Part shown: positions 45,284-54,608 of the stretch, one piece after another
Layout of the letters: every line of letters starts with the position of its first letter
How positions within the stretch are numbered: the first letter of the stretch is position 1
Origin: Flavobacteriales bacterium
Lineage (GTDB): Bacteria > Bacteroidota > Bacteroidia > Flavobacteriales_F > PHOS-HE28
Reading direction: 5' to 3'
Length of the DNA stretch: 64,000 bases
NCBI GenBank assembly: GCA_016787985.1
Contig: JAEUTC010000219.1
Location: forward strand, 1,284 to 65,283
Notes under the pieces: generated by a model
What the model saw: the letters and a program-made list of their open reading frames with translations, nothing else
Database searches by the model: none
What the model was told of the DNA's origin: nothing
Position numbers and translations under genes: made by a program

Positions 45284-48196
45284 TCACTCCAGGAAGAAAC
45301 GCTGTCCGCTGCGGCCTTGACCGGCGTCGATCAGGAGTAGGTAGTTGCCACTGGCGACCGATGCAGGCAATGGCTCCATGGTATTGGGACCTGTCTGCAT
45401 GTTGTATCGCCCCGACCAGATACTCCTGCCTGTCATGTCCAGCATTTCCAATAGCACGGGGGCCGGATCCATTGACCATTGTATCGTAAAGGGCGCCCCG
45501 TTCCACCCCCCGCTCATGGACCAAGATGGTCCATTTTCAATACCGGTACTGATGTCACCTACGATACATATCTCGAACCCGCCAAGGGGAGCTTCGGTCC
45601 AGTAGTGGTAAACGCGCACCCAGTAATTCGTTCCGGGCACGAGGTTGTTCACCACGAGGCCTTCGTTACCACCGGCGATCGTTGCATCCGCACAGGCCAG
45701 CGATATCGGTATTTCGCACCCTACACCTATCAATTCCACCACGGCATCGAAGTTGGCTTCACCGGCCACCGCGATCGTGGCATTGGGGCTGGTTGCTTGG
45801 AAGGTGAACCAGACATCATCATTCGAGGATCCGGTAAAGCCATTGCACGTGATCGGTGGGGCTGATTGGGTGGCTCCGATAGTGGTGGCTGATATGGTCT
45901 CGCAGGTCGTGTTGATGGGCAGAACGATCGCTTCATCGCATGCGTCATTGGTGGCCACAACGGTGCACTGGTTCGCTGTCAGATTGATGGTGTAATCACC
46001 GTAGTTCCCGCCGTCAACGGGTATTGGGATAAAGTAGGTACCAGCCGGCAAAGACAAGTGATCGACTCCCCAGATATCACCATCACAAACCGTGTAGTCC
46101 GCCATGCCGACGGACAGTTCCTCCAACGCCGGGCAGTCCACCAGGCTGAGCGGAAGAGTATTGAACATGGGGTCCGTACCACAAAGATCCCAACTCACGT
46201 CAGCACAGGTCAACAACGTGAATGCATGGTAGACGTACGGCTCGGTGCTGCCCTCTGGGGGCACCGCCCCCACCGTGGTACCGTTGAAGGTGATGGTCTC
46301 CCCGACCTGGACGACTACAGGTAGCACATCCGCGCAATCATCGTTCGCTGGTGGGTCTCCCCCGAAATGGATGCAGATGTCGAACGTAGGAGTGGCCGGT
46401 GGACCTGCTGAATAGTCATACACCCTTAGGAAGTAGGTCTGGCCAACCACGAAGCTGCCATAGTATATGCGCTCGGTCTCACCGGCAAGCGAATCATCAG
46501 AACAGATGTAGGAGGTGGAACCTGAACAATCACCTGAGGTGAACAACTGTACCACTGCGTCGTAGCCGGATGACCCGAGCACATCGATCACGGCGATGGG
46601 GCTCGTTGGTATGAAGCTGAACCAAACATCATCATTCGCATCGCCGGTGAAGTCGTTGCAGGTGATGGCCGGCAGCGACTCGGTCGCATCCTGCGAAGTG
46701 AACGTACTTGGCTCGCAGGACTGGGTCTGGAACAGTTCAATGGCTGATGTGCACTCATCGTTCGTAGCGCCTGATCCGCACGCGGTCGCGGTGATGGTAA
46801 GATCGAAAGCTCCGGTCGAGCCGAGGCCGAAACGCCCCACCGGAACGTAGTAGGTACCGGGCTCGAGTGCGTTGTAGTTCACTACGAGGTTGCCGTCAGC
46901 GCAGCCCTCCGCATCCAGCGCACCACTGACCAAAGTATTGGCAGGGCATTGGCGTGCGAGACGGAGGTAGATGGCGTCGAACTCCGGATCGGTGCCACAT
47001 AGGCTCACCTGCACGTTGGCACACGTGCCCACGTTAAAGGCATACCAGACCTTGGGCACACCATCATCCAGGACAGAGGACGTCACCGCATCACCAGCGG
47101 TAGTGGAACCCACAGTGGTGCCGGTGAAGAAAAGACTTGAACCGACCGTCAATTGTTCGAGCGTCAACGATGCACACGCATCATTTGCAGGAACTGAAGA
47201 AAGCCCCGTGATGCAGATGGTGAATTCAGGATCGTCGGAAGGGCTCAGCTCGAACCAATCGTAGACCCGCACGAAGTAGGTCGCGCCCACCGTCAGTCCT
47301 GTAGCATCGACTTGCTCCTGTCCATCGAAGTTGGTGAGGTCGGCGCAGGCGATGGACGCTCCTTCGCACGCACCGCTGCGTAGGTCTATCACCATATCGA
47401 TGGAAGGACTGCTTTGCACGAAGATCGAATGCGACGATGCCGTGGCCACAAAACGGAACCACACATCGTCAGCTTGTGCGGCGGTGGTCCCATTGCACGA
47501 GATCGGAGGTAGGCTTTGGGTCGCCTCGGCTATAGAGAACGTCTGCGGGTCGCACGTGGCACTCGGGATCAATTCAATGGCTTGGGTGCATTCATCATTG
47601 ACCGTGGTTGTTGTCGGCCCCGTGATACAGATCGCGATCGTCGGGTCATCGAATTCCCCAGGGGTGAAGAAATCGTATACACGGATCAAATAGGTCTGCC
47701 CGACGATCAAGCCAAGGGCGTCGATCTGTTCGGTCCCATCAATGGCAGTTTCATCCGCACAGGCAATGGACGAACCCTCACAAGCACCACTGCGTAGGTC
47801 GATCACCGGATCAATGCCAACTCCTCCTTGCACACGTATCGAATGGGAAGCTGCTGTGGCCGTGAAACGGAACCAGATGTCTCCAGCATCGGGGTCCGCC
47901 ACTCCATTACAAAGGACGCCGGGCAGGCTTTCGGTCGCCTCGGCGATGGTAAAGTACTCCAGGTCACAAATGGCACTTGGGAGCAACTCAATGGCTTGAA
48001 AACACTCATCGTTGATCGGTGCTGCACCGAGCGCACCGTTCGGTCCAATGAAATTGGACGTCCAAGATCGTGGCACTCGCACTGAAACGGGATAGCTCTT
48101 CCCCGAACGATCGATACCCTTGATCGCATACGGGTCCATCTGTGCGGACAACGATCTGCAAAAGAGTAGAACCAGGGTGAGTGTCGCAACGCGCAT
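45284..48196 (-). CDS. Large modular Cys-rich T9SS cargo protein
   Basis: 970 aa. Signal MRVATLTLVLLFCRSLSAQ, six ~130-aa modules, and a C-terminal Por tail (GNYLLLIDAGQGRSGQRFFLE). Confidence 0.85.
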   Translation of the reverse strand: MRVATLTLVLLFCRSLSAQMDPYAIKGIDRSGKSYPVSVRVPRSWTSNFIGPNGALGAAPINDECFQAIELLPSAICDLEYFTIAEATESLPGVLCNGVADPDAGDIWFRFTATAASHSIRVQGGVGIDPVIDLRSGACEGSSIACADETAIDGTEQIDALGLIVGQTYLIRVYDFFTPGEFDDPTIAICITGPTTTTVNDECTQAIELIPSATCDPQTFSIAEATQSLPPISCNGTTAAQADDVWFRFVATASSHSIFVQSSPSIDMVIDLRSGACEGASIACADLTNFDGQEQVDATGLTVGATYFVRVYDWFELSPSDDPEFTICITGLSSVPANDACASLTLEQLTVGSSLFFTGTTVGSTTAGDAVTSSVLDDGVPKVWYAFNVGTCANVQVSLCGTDPEFDAIYLRLARQCPANTLVSGALDAEGCADGNLVVNYNALEPGTYYVPVGRFGLGSTGAFDLTITATACGSGATNDECTSAIELFQTQSCEPSTFTSQDATESLPAITCNDFTGDANDDVWFSFIPTSPIAVIDVLGSSGYDAVVQLFTSGDCSGSTSYICSDDSLAGETERIYYGSFVVGQTYFLRVYDYSAGPPATPTFDICIHFGGDPPANDDCADVLPVVVQVGETITFNGTTVGAVPPEGSTEPYVYHAFTLLTCADVSWDLCGTDPMFNTLPLSLVDCPALEELSVGMADYTVCDGDIWGVDHLSLPAGTYFIPIPVDGGNYGDYTINLTANQCTVVATNDACDEAIVLPINTTCETISATTIGATQSAPPITCNGFTGSSNDDVWFTFQATSPNATIAVAGEANFDAVVELIGVGCEIPISLACADATIAGGNEGLVVNNLVPGTNYWVRVYHYWTEAPLGGFEICIVGDISTGIENGPSWSMSGGWNGAPFTIQWSMDPAPVLLEMLDMTGRSIWSGRYNMQTGPNTMEPLPASVASGNYLLLIDAGQGRSGQRFFLE
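45557..48016 (-). repeat. Intragenic tandem domain repeats, order A-A-B-A-B-A
   Basis: A modules begin (I/V/T)ND(E/A)C and end in RVYD...ICI: 47618-48016, 47204-47602, 46370-46765, 45557-45952. B modules begin PAND(A/D)C and contain LCGTDP: 46787-47191, 45974-46351. Cys positions are conserved within each module type. Confidence 0.8.
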
Positions 48197-48393
48197 GGTG
48201 ATGGTATTGTGGTTCGAATATCGCTCAAATTCCTGTTCGGGTTGCAGCTGGGACGCTATGTCGGACCCGATGCGGTTCCGGCGGGAGGATCTTGGTCGTC
48301 ATGGAAAACCGTATCAGAGGCCATCCCTACTTGGCAGAAGCCGCTTGTCCGATGGAACACTGACCATTGCTCGGGATACGCTTTGTTCGCATC

Positions 48394-49359
48394 ATGAAAG
48401 CCATCTTCTGCGAACGCTACGGGCCGCCCGAGGAACTGCAACTGCTGGATGGACCTGTACCTGTGCCGCTCAAAGGGCAGGTACTGGTGCGCGTGTGCGC
48501 TACAACGGTGAACGACCAAGACTGGAGCATGGTGAACGGCACCCCACGGATCTACCGGTTGATCTTCGGGCTTTTCCGCCCCCGACAGCCCATACCGGGT
48601 ATTGAGTTGGCGGGTGTCGTGGAGGCCCTTGGTCCCGGAGTAAGCCAATGGCGTGTGGGCGACAAGGTCTACGGTGATACCTCGAACGGCGGTTCTGGGA
48701 CCTTCGCGGAGCTCGTGGCAGTGCCAGGAACGGAGCTTCGACGCATTCCGGAAGAGATATCGTTCGTGCAAGCAGCTGCGATACCGCACGCGCTGGAACT
48801 GGCCTACCAGGCGCTGGTGGAGATCGGCAAATTGAAGAACGGTGAAAGGGTTCTACTCAACGGTGCTGGAGGTGGTGTAGGCACCTTCGCCCTTCAACTG
48901 GCCAAACAACAAGGTTGCACCGTATGGGGCGTGGACACGGGCGAGAAATTGAAAGGAATGACGGCGCTCGGCTTCGACCACGTGATCGACTACACGCAAC
49001 AGGACTTCACCCGACTTGGTGAACGCTTCGACCTGGTCGTGGACATGAAAACGAAACGTTCGCCGCGCGAGCTTCTACGGGCCTTGGCCCCCAATGGCCG
49101 TTACGTAACCGTGGGCGGCGATCCTGGTCGCTTGATCGCCTTGCTGTTCGCACGTCTCTTGGGTCGGCGCAACTTGCACATCGTGGCGCTAAAGCCGAAT
49201 CGGGACCTGGATACCCTTGCACCACTCATCAGCAACGGCACCCTGAAACCAGTGATCGATGGGCCGTATACGTTGGAGGATGCACCGCGCCTGGTCCGTC
49301 GCTTCGGTGAAGGGCGACATACGGGCAAGGTTGTGATGGAGGTAGGTGGAACGAATTGA
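48394..49359 (+). CDS. Zinc-type/quinone oxidoreductase (medium-chain dehydrogenase/reductase family)
   Basis: ATG at 48394 (MKAIFCERYGPPEEL). It has GVVEALGPGVSQWRVGDKVYG and the NAD(P) site LLNGAGGGVGTFALQLAK. Confidence 0.8.
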   Translation: MKAIFCERYGPPEELQLLDGPVPVPLKGQVLVRVCATTVNDQDWSMVNGTPRIYRLIFGLFRPRQPIPGIELAGVVEALGPGVSQWRVGDKVYGDTSNGGSGTFAELVAVPGTELRRIPEEISFVQAAAIPHALELAYQALVEIGKLKNGERVLLNGAGGGVGTFALQLAKQQGCTVWGVDTGEKLKGMTALGFDHVIDYTQQDFTRLGERFDLVVDMKTKRSPRELLRALAPNGRYVTVGGDPGRLIALLFARLLGRRNLHIVALKPNRDLDTLAPLISNGTLKPVIDGPYTLEDAPRLVRRFGEGRHTGKVVMEVGGTN

Positions 49360-49410
49360 TCCGTTCTGCTCCTATCTGACCGATACCTTTCGCAGACCCA
49401 TCTTCGCAGC

Positions 49411-49896
49411 ATGCGTGCTTTACTCCTTCTTTCCTGTATTTGGTTCGTCAGCCTTGACGCACTGGCCCAAAATAGCTCGTCTTTGGTCTCTCGTTCTTTT
49501 CCTGGATCAGAAGGCATAAAGGCCACCATCACGGCATTGGACAGCGCCCTATTCGCTGCCTTCAACGCGCACGATGCCGTAGCCTTGGGCACGTGGTTCA
49601 CACAGGATCTGGAATTCTACCACGACAAAGGCGGCCTAACCGGCTACGACTCGACCATGGCCAGCTTCCGCGGCCTCTTCGCCCGCAACGCAGAGACCGG
49701 TCTGCACCGCGAACTGGTACCCGGCAGTTTAGAGGTGTATCCCATCGGCGACTTCGGACTGTTGGAAGTGTGCGAACACCGCTTCTGCCATACCGAGAAC
49801 GGCAAGGAAGACTGCGGGATCTTCAAGAACATCATGGTGTGGCGCAAGGAAGGCCCCGGCTACAAGGTGAGCCGGGTGATCAGTTATGATCACTGA
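49411..49896 (+). CDS. NTF2/SnoaL-like (DUF4440-type) secreted protein
   Basis: Signal MRALLLLSCIWFVSLDALAQ. The body LDSALFAAFNAHDAVALGTWFTQDLEFYHDKGG is the NTF2-like pattern. Confidence 0.7.
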   Translation: MRALLLLSCIWFVSLDALAQNSSSLVSRSFPGSEGIKATITALDSALFAAFNAHDAVALGTWFTQDLEFYHDKGGLTGYDSTMASFRGLFARNAETGLHRELVPGSLEVYPIGDFGLLEVCEHRFCHTENGKEDCGIFKNIMVWRKEGPGYKVSRVISYDH

Positions 49897-49922
49897 CATC
49901 GGCGTTATGAACGGTCCAGACC

Positions 49923-50411
49923 ATGTGTATACAACTTATTAAAGCGGCCACGGATACCCACTGGGAGCAGGCCACCCTGTTGATGCAGCGCGTTTATGTA
50001 GGCGGTGGCTACACCGCAGCGGAGAAGGCAAACGATTTCATGACCCGGAAGAACCTGGAGCCTTCCGGGCAACTGCTGGTGGCGGTGGATGACGCCGACG
50101 ATGTGCTCGGAGCCGTGCTTTTGTTGCATCGAGTGAGTGCTCTACGGCAATTGGCGGGGCCGAAAGAGCGGGAGTTCCGGCTGCTGGCCGTGGATGACAA
50201 GGCACGTGGCAAGGGAGTTGGACAACGACTCGTTGAAGCCTGTGTGGATCGTGCCTTCGCAGCAGGAGCGCAGGCGATGGTACTCTGGTCACAACCAAGT
50301 ATGCACAGCGCGCATCGCCTTTACGAACGGCTGGGCTTCTCGCGCGCATCAGAGCGGGATCAGGAGGATCCACGCGGCTTCACACGCATGGTCTTCCGAA
50401 AGGAACTGTGA
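49923..50411 (+). CDS. GNAT family N-acetyltransferase
   Basis: Motif A: LLAVDDKARGKGVGQRLVEAC, with a C-terminal YERLGF. Confidence 0.8.
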   Translation: MCIQLIKAATDTHWEQATLLMQRVYVGGGYTAAEKANDFMTRKNLEPSGQLLVAVDDADDVLGAVLLLHRVSALRQLAGPKEREFRLLAVDDKARGKGVGQRLVEACVDRAFAAGAQAMVLWSQPSMHSAHRLYERLGFSRASERDQEDPRGFTRMVFRKEL

Positions 50412-50578
50412 GCACACCGGCTTAAGTTCCGCCGCGGTCTCGAACGTCGTCTACGGCCTGGCTAATGAGCGCGCGGGATCGAAAGCGCATCCTTTCGCAC
50501 GGGACCGCTGCCGCCCATAAGGTCCGTGCACCATCCATACGCCGCCTAGCTTCTCGTATAAGCCGTGTGTCCATTTAT

Positions 50579-50594
50579 TTAGATATTTGTCTAA
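50579..50594. promoter_or_regulatory. Inverted repeat TTAGA-N6-TCTAA, candidate SdpR/ArsR-type operator
   Basis: ttagatatttgtctaa ends 6 nt before the ATG of the SdpR-like gene at 50601. Confidence 0.35.
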
Positions 50595-50600
50595 TCATCT

Positions 50601-50873
50601 ATGAACAAGGCATTCAAAGCCCTCAACGATCCCACGCGTCGGCGTATCCTGGAGCTTCTGCGGCAACAGGACATGACGGCGGGTGATATCGCGGAAGAGT
50701 TCGACATGAGCTTCCCCAGCATCAGCCACCACCTGGACCTGCTGCGCCAAGCCGGACTTGTCGCCTCCGTGAAGGAAGGCCAGTTCGTGCGGTACTCCCT
50801 GAACACGACCGTGATGGACGAACTGATCGGCTGGATGCTGACCTTGAAAACACCCCCGAAACGCAAGCGATGA
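50601..50873 (+). CDS. ArsR-family autorepressor, SdpR-like
   Basis: KALNDPTRRRILELLRQQDMTAGDIAEEFDMSFPSISHHLDLLRQAGLV is a winged HTH of the ArsR/SdpR type. Confidence 0.85.
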   Translation: MNKAFKALNDPTRRRILELLRQQDMTAGDIAEEFDMSFPSISHHLDLLRQAGLVASVKEGQFVRYSLNTTVMDELIGWMLTLKTPPKRKR

Positions 50874-51547
50874 ACGAACCGACCACACCCACGAACCGGC
50901 TCTTCGAGGCCAGCCTCGTTGCGCTGCTGCTCATCCCCTTCGGATACCTTGCGTACAAGTGGTCGAGCCTGCCGCCCAGCGTGCCGTTACATTGGAACGC
51001 CGCGGGCGAAGCCGACCGTTACGGAGATAGAGCCGCGCTGTTGCTCCCGCTCGCCTTGATCCTGTTCGTGCCATACGCCGCCCTGTTGCTCGCCCCGCGT
51101 ATCGATCCGCGCAGGAAGAACCTTTCGACTTCATCCAAGGCCTTCCGTGGCGCCCGACTCACGTTGTCCCTTTTCACCTGTTGCATCGCCCTCGTGGTGG
51201 TGTACAGCGCCGATGGCCACAACGTGCCTCCCGGCGATGTGATCTTCCCGCTGTGTTTCCTCCTCCTCGCCGGCCTGGGCAACTTCCTACCGGCCTTGCG
51301 CTCCAACTACTTCATCGGTATCCGCACTCCTTGGACCATAGAGAGCGAAGAGAACTGGCGTCGCACGCACCGCTTCGGCGCTCGGCTCTATTTCTGGGGC
51401 GGTCTGGCGGGAGCGGTCATCGTGTTCCTCATCGATGACCAGCAGCATCGCTTCAACTTCTTCCTGCCAACGTTCCTCGTGTTCGCCCTGACCCCTGTCC
51501 TGTACTCCTACCTCCTCCATCATCGCTCGCAACGCACTGAACCATGA
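50870..51547 (+). CDS. SdpI-family membrane protein (DUF1648 + SdpI immunity domain)
   Basis: ATGA overlap with the SdpR-like gene. LPPSVPLHWNAAGEADRYG is DUF1648-like, and YFIGIRTPWTIESEENWRRTHRFG is the SdpI motif. Confidence 0.8.
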   Translation: MNEPTTPTNRLFEASLVALLLIPFGYLAYKWSSLPPSVPLHWNAAGEADRYGDRAALLLPLALILFVPYAALLLAPRIDPRRKNLSTSSKAFRGARLTLSLFTCCIALVVVYSADGHNVPPGDVIFPLCFLLLAGLGNFLPALRSNYFIGIRTPWTIESEENWRRTHRFGARLYFWGGLAGAVIVFLIDDQQHRFNFFLPTFLVFALTPVLYSYLLHHRSQRTEP

Positions 51548-52296
51548 AAAACAAGAAGTTCCTCCTCGGTCTGCTCATCTTCCTGCTCGGTGTGGTCGGC
51601 GTGCTGAGCCTGCTCACCAGCGAACTCCCCATGAACGCCTTACCCGCGTTGGTGCGGGAGCGTTTCACCGATGCACAGATCAAGCTGCTGGTCCTCCTCA
51701 ATCCTGTGGCGCTGGTGTTGATCATGGTATGCATCGGTACGCCGCTGCATGAACGTGCGGGCCTCAGCGTGCCGACCCTCATGGGCTGGTTGCAGGGCAC
51801 TCCGATAAGGGCCGTGTTCGCCCAACAGGTGAAGGCCGGTGTCGTGTACGGCGCACTGGCCGGTGTGTTGCTCGTCGGCATATCCTTCGCCTTCGGTGAT
51901 ACCATCGCTGCCGATCAGGAGAAACTGGCCGCCGGCATCAAGCCCTCTTTACTGGCACGCTTCCTCTATGGTGGCATCACCGAAGAGATCCTCATCCGAT
52001 TCGGCATGATGACCTTGGTTTTATGGTTAGCCCTGAAAATGCTCCCCTCCACTGCTGCAGCTTGGACGAGCATCGCGGTGGCCTCCCTCGTGTTCGCGCT
52101 CGGCCATCTACCAGCGGTCTTCGCCGTGATCACCGAACCCAGCGCCTCGCTCTACGCGTACATCCTCTTGGGCAACATCGCTGGCGGCTTGGTCTTCGGT
52201 TGGCTCTATTGGAAGAAGGGCTTGGAAGCGGCGATGATCGGACATGCCATGGCACACGTGGTCATGGTCAGCGCGGAACAGCTTCTTCCAGGGTGA
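51544..52296 (+). CDS. CPBP family intramembrane glutamic endopeptidase (CAAX/Abi-like)
   Basis: ATGA overlap with the SdpI-like gene. Motif 1 is ITEEILIRFG, motif 2 FALGHL and motif 3 HAMAHV. Confidence 0.8.
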   Translation: MKNKKFLLGLLIFLLGVVGVLSLLTSELPMNALPALVRERFTDAQIKLLVLLNPVALVLIMVCIGTPLHERAGLSVPTLMGWLQGTPIRAVFAQQVKAGVVYGALAGVLLVGISFAFGDTIAADQEKLAAGIKPSLLARFLYGGITEEILIRFGMMTLVLWLALKMLPSTAAAWTSIAVASLVFALGHLPAVFAVITEPSASLYAYILLGNIAGGLVFGWLYWKKGLEAAMIGHAMAHVVMVSAEQLLPG

Positions 52297-52785
52297 TGAA
52301 TTCGCACAGCGGACAGTCCACTCAGAAATTCTTTAGGCCCCATACATTGAAGCCGTGGACGAGTGTAGCCGGTATCAGGCTCTTCGTGCGGTGGGAGACT
52401 TAGCCCCACATCAACCCTTATGGCACGATGGGGACGGCACCGATCTTGGCGTCTTACAGTTCACTGCGCTCGTGTCGGCGCACGGGGAGATCCTACTTCG
52501 TGGGGAACTACTCCGCGAAGAGGTCGATGATGACCGTACAAAGCAGTTTAGCGCCCAGATAGGCCAGTGCCTTCAGTAGCTCCCCATGCCGAATGGAGCG
52601 TTCTAGCACACCCGTCAAAAAGTGGAGAATGACCAGTGCCGCCAACGGATGGAGACGCACGGCACTCCACTGCATTCGTAGAACGCCGGTCTCGCTCGGG
52701 GCTTACCCACGCGACCGTTCATTGGATGTTAATGACAGCATCCTCGAACATCACACCTCGGATCCTGCCATTCGGATCTCAGGCA

Positions 52786-53598
52786 CTACCGCACCCGACC
52801 ACCTTGGAGCTTCTTCGTCACCAAGGGTGGCCGCCTATCGCGCAGGAAGACCCACTTTTCAGTCGTGCTCTCTTCCTGTGAGAAACGGTAGCCATCACCC
52901 GCATAGGCTTTGATACCCTCCGGTTCCAAAATGCGGTGTTGAATGATGAACCGCGCCAGAGCACCGCGCTGGTTCTTGACATAGGTCTGTAATGGCTTGT
53001 AAGTCCCGCCCACTTTGTCCTTGAACTCTGGAGTGATCACCCGTGCTTTCAATATGTCCGGCTTCACGGCTCTGAAGTATTCCGCGCTGGCACAGTTGAC
53101 CACCACATCGGACTTGCTAGCCTTCAGGTCGGTATTCAAGACATCGGTTATCCGTTCACCCCAGAACGCATACAAGTTGCGGGCTTTGCCGATACCGAAC
53201 GGGGTCCCCATCATCAACCGGTAGTCCTGCATAAGGTCTAATGGACGAAGCACGCCGTAAAGACCGCTGAGGATGCGGAGGTGGTGCTGCGCGAAACGTA
53301 GATCATCGGAGGACAAGGACCGCGCCTCCAGGCCTCTGTACACCTCACCGTTGAACGTGAACACGGCTGGCCGCGCGTTCTTCGTGGTGAACGGCAGCTT
53401 CCACTGCACGTAGCGGCTGCGGTTCAGCTCACCGAGCTTCTCGCTAAGGTCCATCATCTCGGCGAGTTTCTTCGCGCTCAGGGTCCTCAACTTGCCCACC
53501 AGCAGCTCCGCTTCCTTCAACAAGACCGGCTGGGTGGTCTCTGCAATGGTCGGCGTCTCTTGGGCCAGGTCCTTGGCTGGCGATAGCAGGATCAGCAT
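52786..53598 (-). CDS. yaaA: Peroxide stress protein YaaA (DUF328)
   Basis: ATG at 53598 gives MLILLSPAKDL, the canonical YaaA start. NGEVYRGL and ILSGLYGVLRPLD follow. Confidence 0.85.
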   Translation of the reverse strand: MLILLSPAKDLAQETPTIAETTQPVLLKEAELLVGKLRTLSAKKLAEMMDLSEKLGELNRSRYVQWKLPFTTKNARPAVFTFNGEVYRGLEARSLSSDDLRFAQHHLRILSGLYGVLRPLDLMQDYRLMMGTPFGIGKARNLYAFWGERITDVLNTDLKASKSDVVVNCASAEYFRAVKPDILKARVITPEFKDKVGGTYKPLQTYVKNQRGALARFIIQHRILEPEGIKAYAGDGYRFSQEESTTEKWVFLRDRRPPLVTKKLQGGRVR

Positions 53599-53695
53599 GG
53601 CCGAAAGGTATATACGCGTCCGACTGGATCCATCGATCCCAAGCAGCATCCATTCAAGCAGCGGTGGACGTATGGCATGCTACATATGAGCTGTT

Positions 53696-54199
53696 CTAAT
53701 GCGGACCACCTCGTTCTATGACACCGCTGAGTGCATCCATGCTGTCGCACCAGCCGCCCACGTGACTGTCGCGCGAGGCCTCGGTGGCGAGACCGGTCTG
53801 GCGGAACTCCATCCGCGTGCGCGTGTCTTCCTCGTGCAGATCAACGGTGACCAGCGTGCGGTGATGCGCCGGATTCACCGGCACCGGCGATATCTCCCAC
53901 CGGTGCGTGAAGGCCAGGTGACCGATGGGCCGCACAGCAGTGTAGGTGCCGTAGATCGGGATGTCCTCACCGGCCGGGTTGCGCAGCACTACGCGGTAGG
54001 TCCCGCCTTCGCGTACGTCGCACGCAGCGCTTTCCGTGCTGAACGCCGCACAACCGAACCATTTCACCAGCATCGCAGGCGTGGTCCAGGCTTTCCACAC
54101 GAGCTCGCGCGGCGCATCGAACACGCGCGTGATGCGGATCTCGTCCGCTGCGGGTGTGGCGACGTTGTTGCGGAGGTGCTGGGCGGTGATCGGCTCCAT
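53696..54199 (-). CDS. SRPBCC superfamily protein, AHSA1 (Aha1-like) type, paralog 8 (last gene of array)
   Basis: ITRVFDAPRELVWKAWTTPAMLVKWFG is the AHSA1-domain N-terminal signature. Confidence 0.8.
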   Translation of the reverse strand: MEPITAQHLRNNVATPAADEIRITRVFDAPRELVWKAWTTPAMLVKWFGCAAFSTESAACDVREGGTYRVVLRNPAGEDIPIYGTYTAVRPIGHLAFTHRWEISPVPVNPAHHRTLVTVDLHEEDTRTRMEFRQTGLATEASRDSHVGGWCDSMDALSGVIERGGPH

Positions 54200-54219
54200 A
54201 CCCGCGAAGGTAGGATCCG

Positions 54220-54597
54220 CTATTGGGTCTTCGCCACGATGCTCTGGAACCCGCCGAACGCCATGCGCTTATGGTCGAAGATGGGCGTCTTCATCTGCTC
54301 GCGGTACATCTTGTCCATGCGTGGATCGCTCATCACCTTCTTGTTCACCTGGTCGCGGTGCTTCCGGCTTTTATACACGATGTACGAGAACAGCACCGTT
54401 TCGTCGGGCTTGCATTTGGCGGCCTTCGGGAACGGGTAGAACATTCCTTCGTGGTCCAGGTCATCGCCCACGCACTCCATGTACTGCAAGGCGCCGTGGT
54501 CCATCCACACCTTGCTCGCGGCCGTTGCCAGCCTCTTGTAGCGCGCCAGGTTCTTCTTTGGGATGGCGATCATGGATCCATCGATGTAGTTGGCCAT
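54220..54597 (-). CDS. DUF1428 domain protein
   Basis: ATG at 54597. MANYIDGSMIAIPKKNLARYKRLATAASKVWMDHGALQYMEC...FSYIVYKSRKHRDQVNKKVMSDPRM. Confidence 0.8.
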   Translation of the reverse strand: MANYIDGSMIAIPKKNLARYKRLATAASKVWMDHGALQYMECVGDDLDHEGMFYPFPKAAKCKPDETVLFSYIVYKSRKHRDQVNKKVMSDPRMDKMYREQMKTPIFDHKRMAFGGFQSIVAKTQ

Positions 54598-54608
54598 GTG
54601 CTGGGGTG

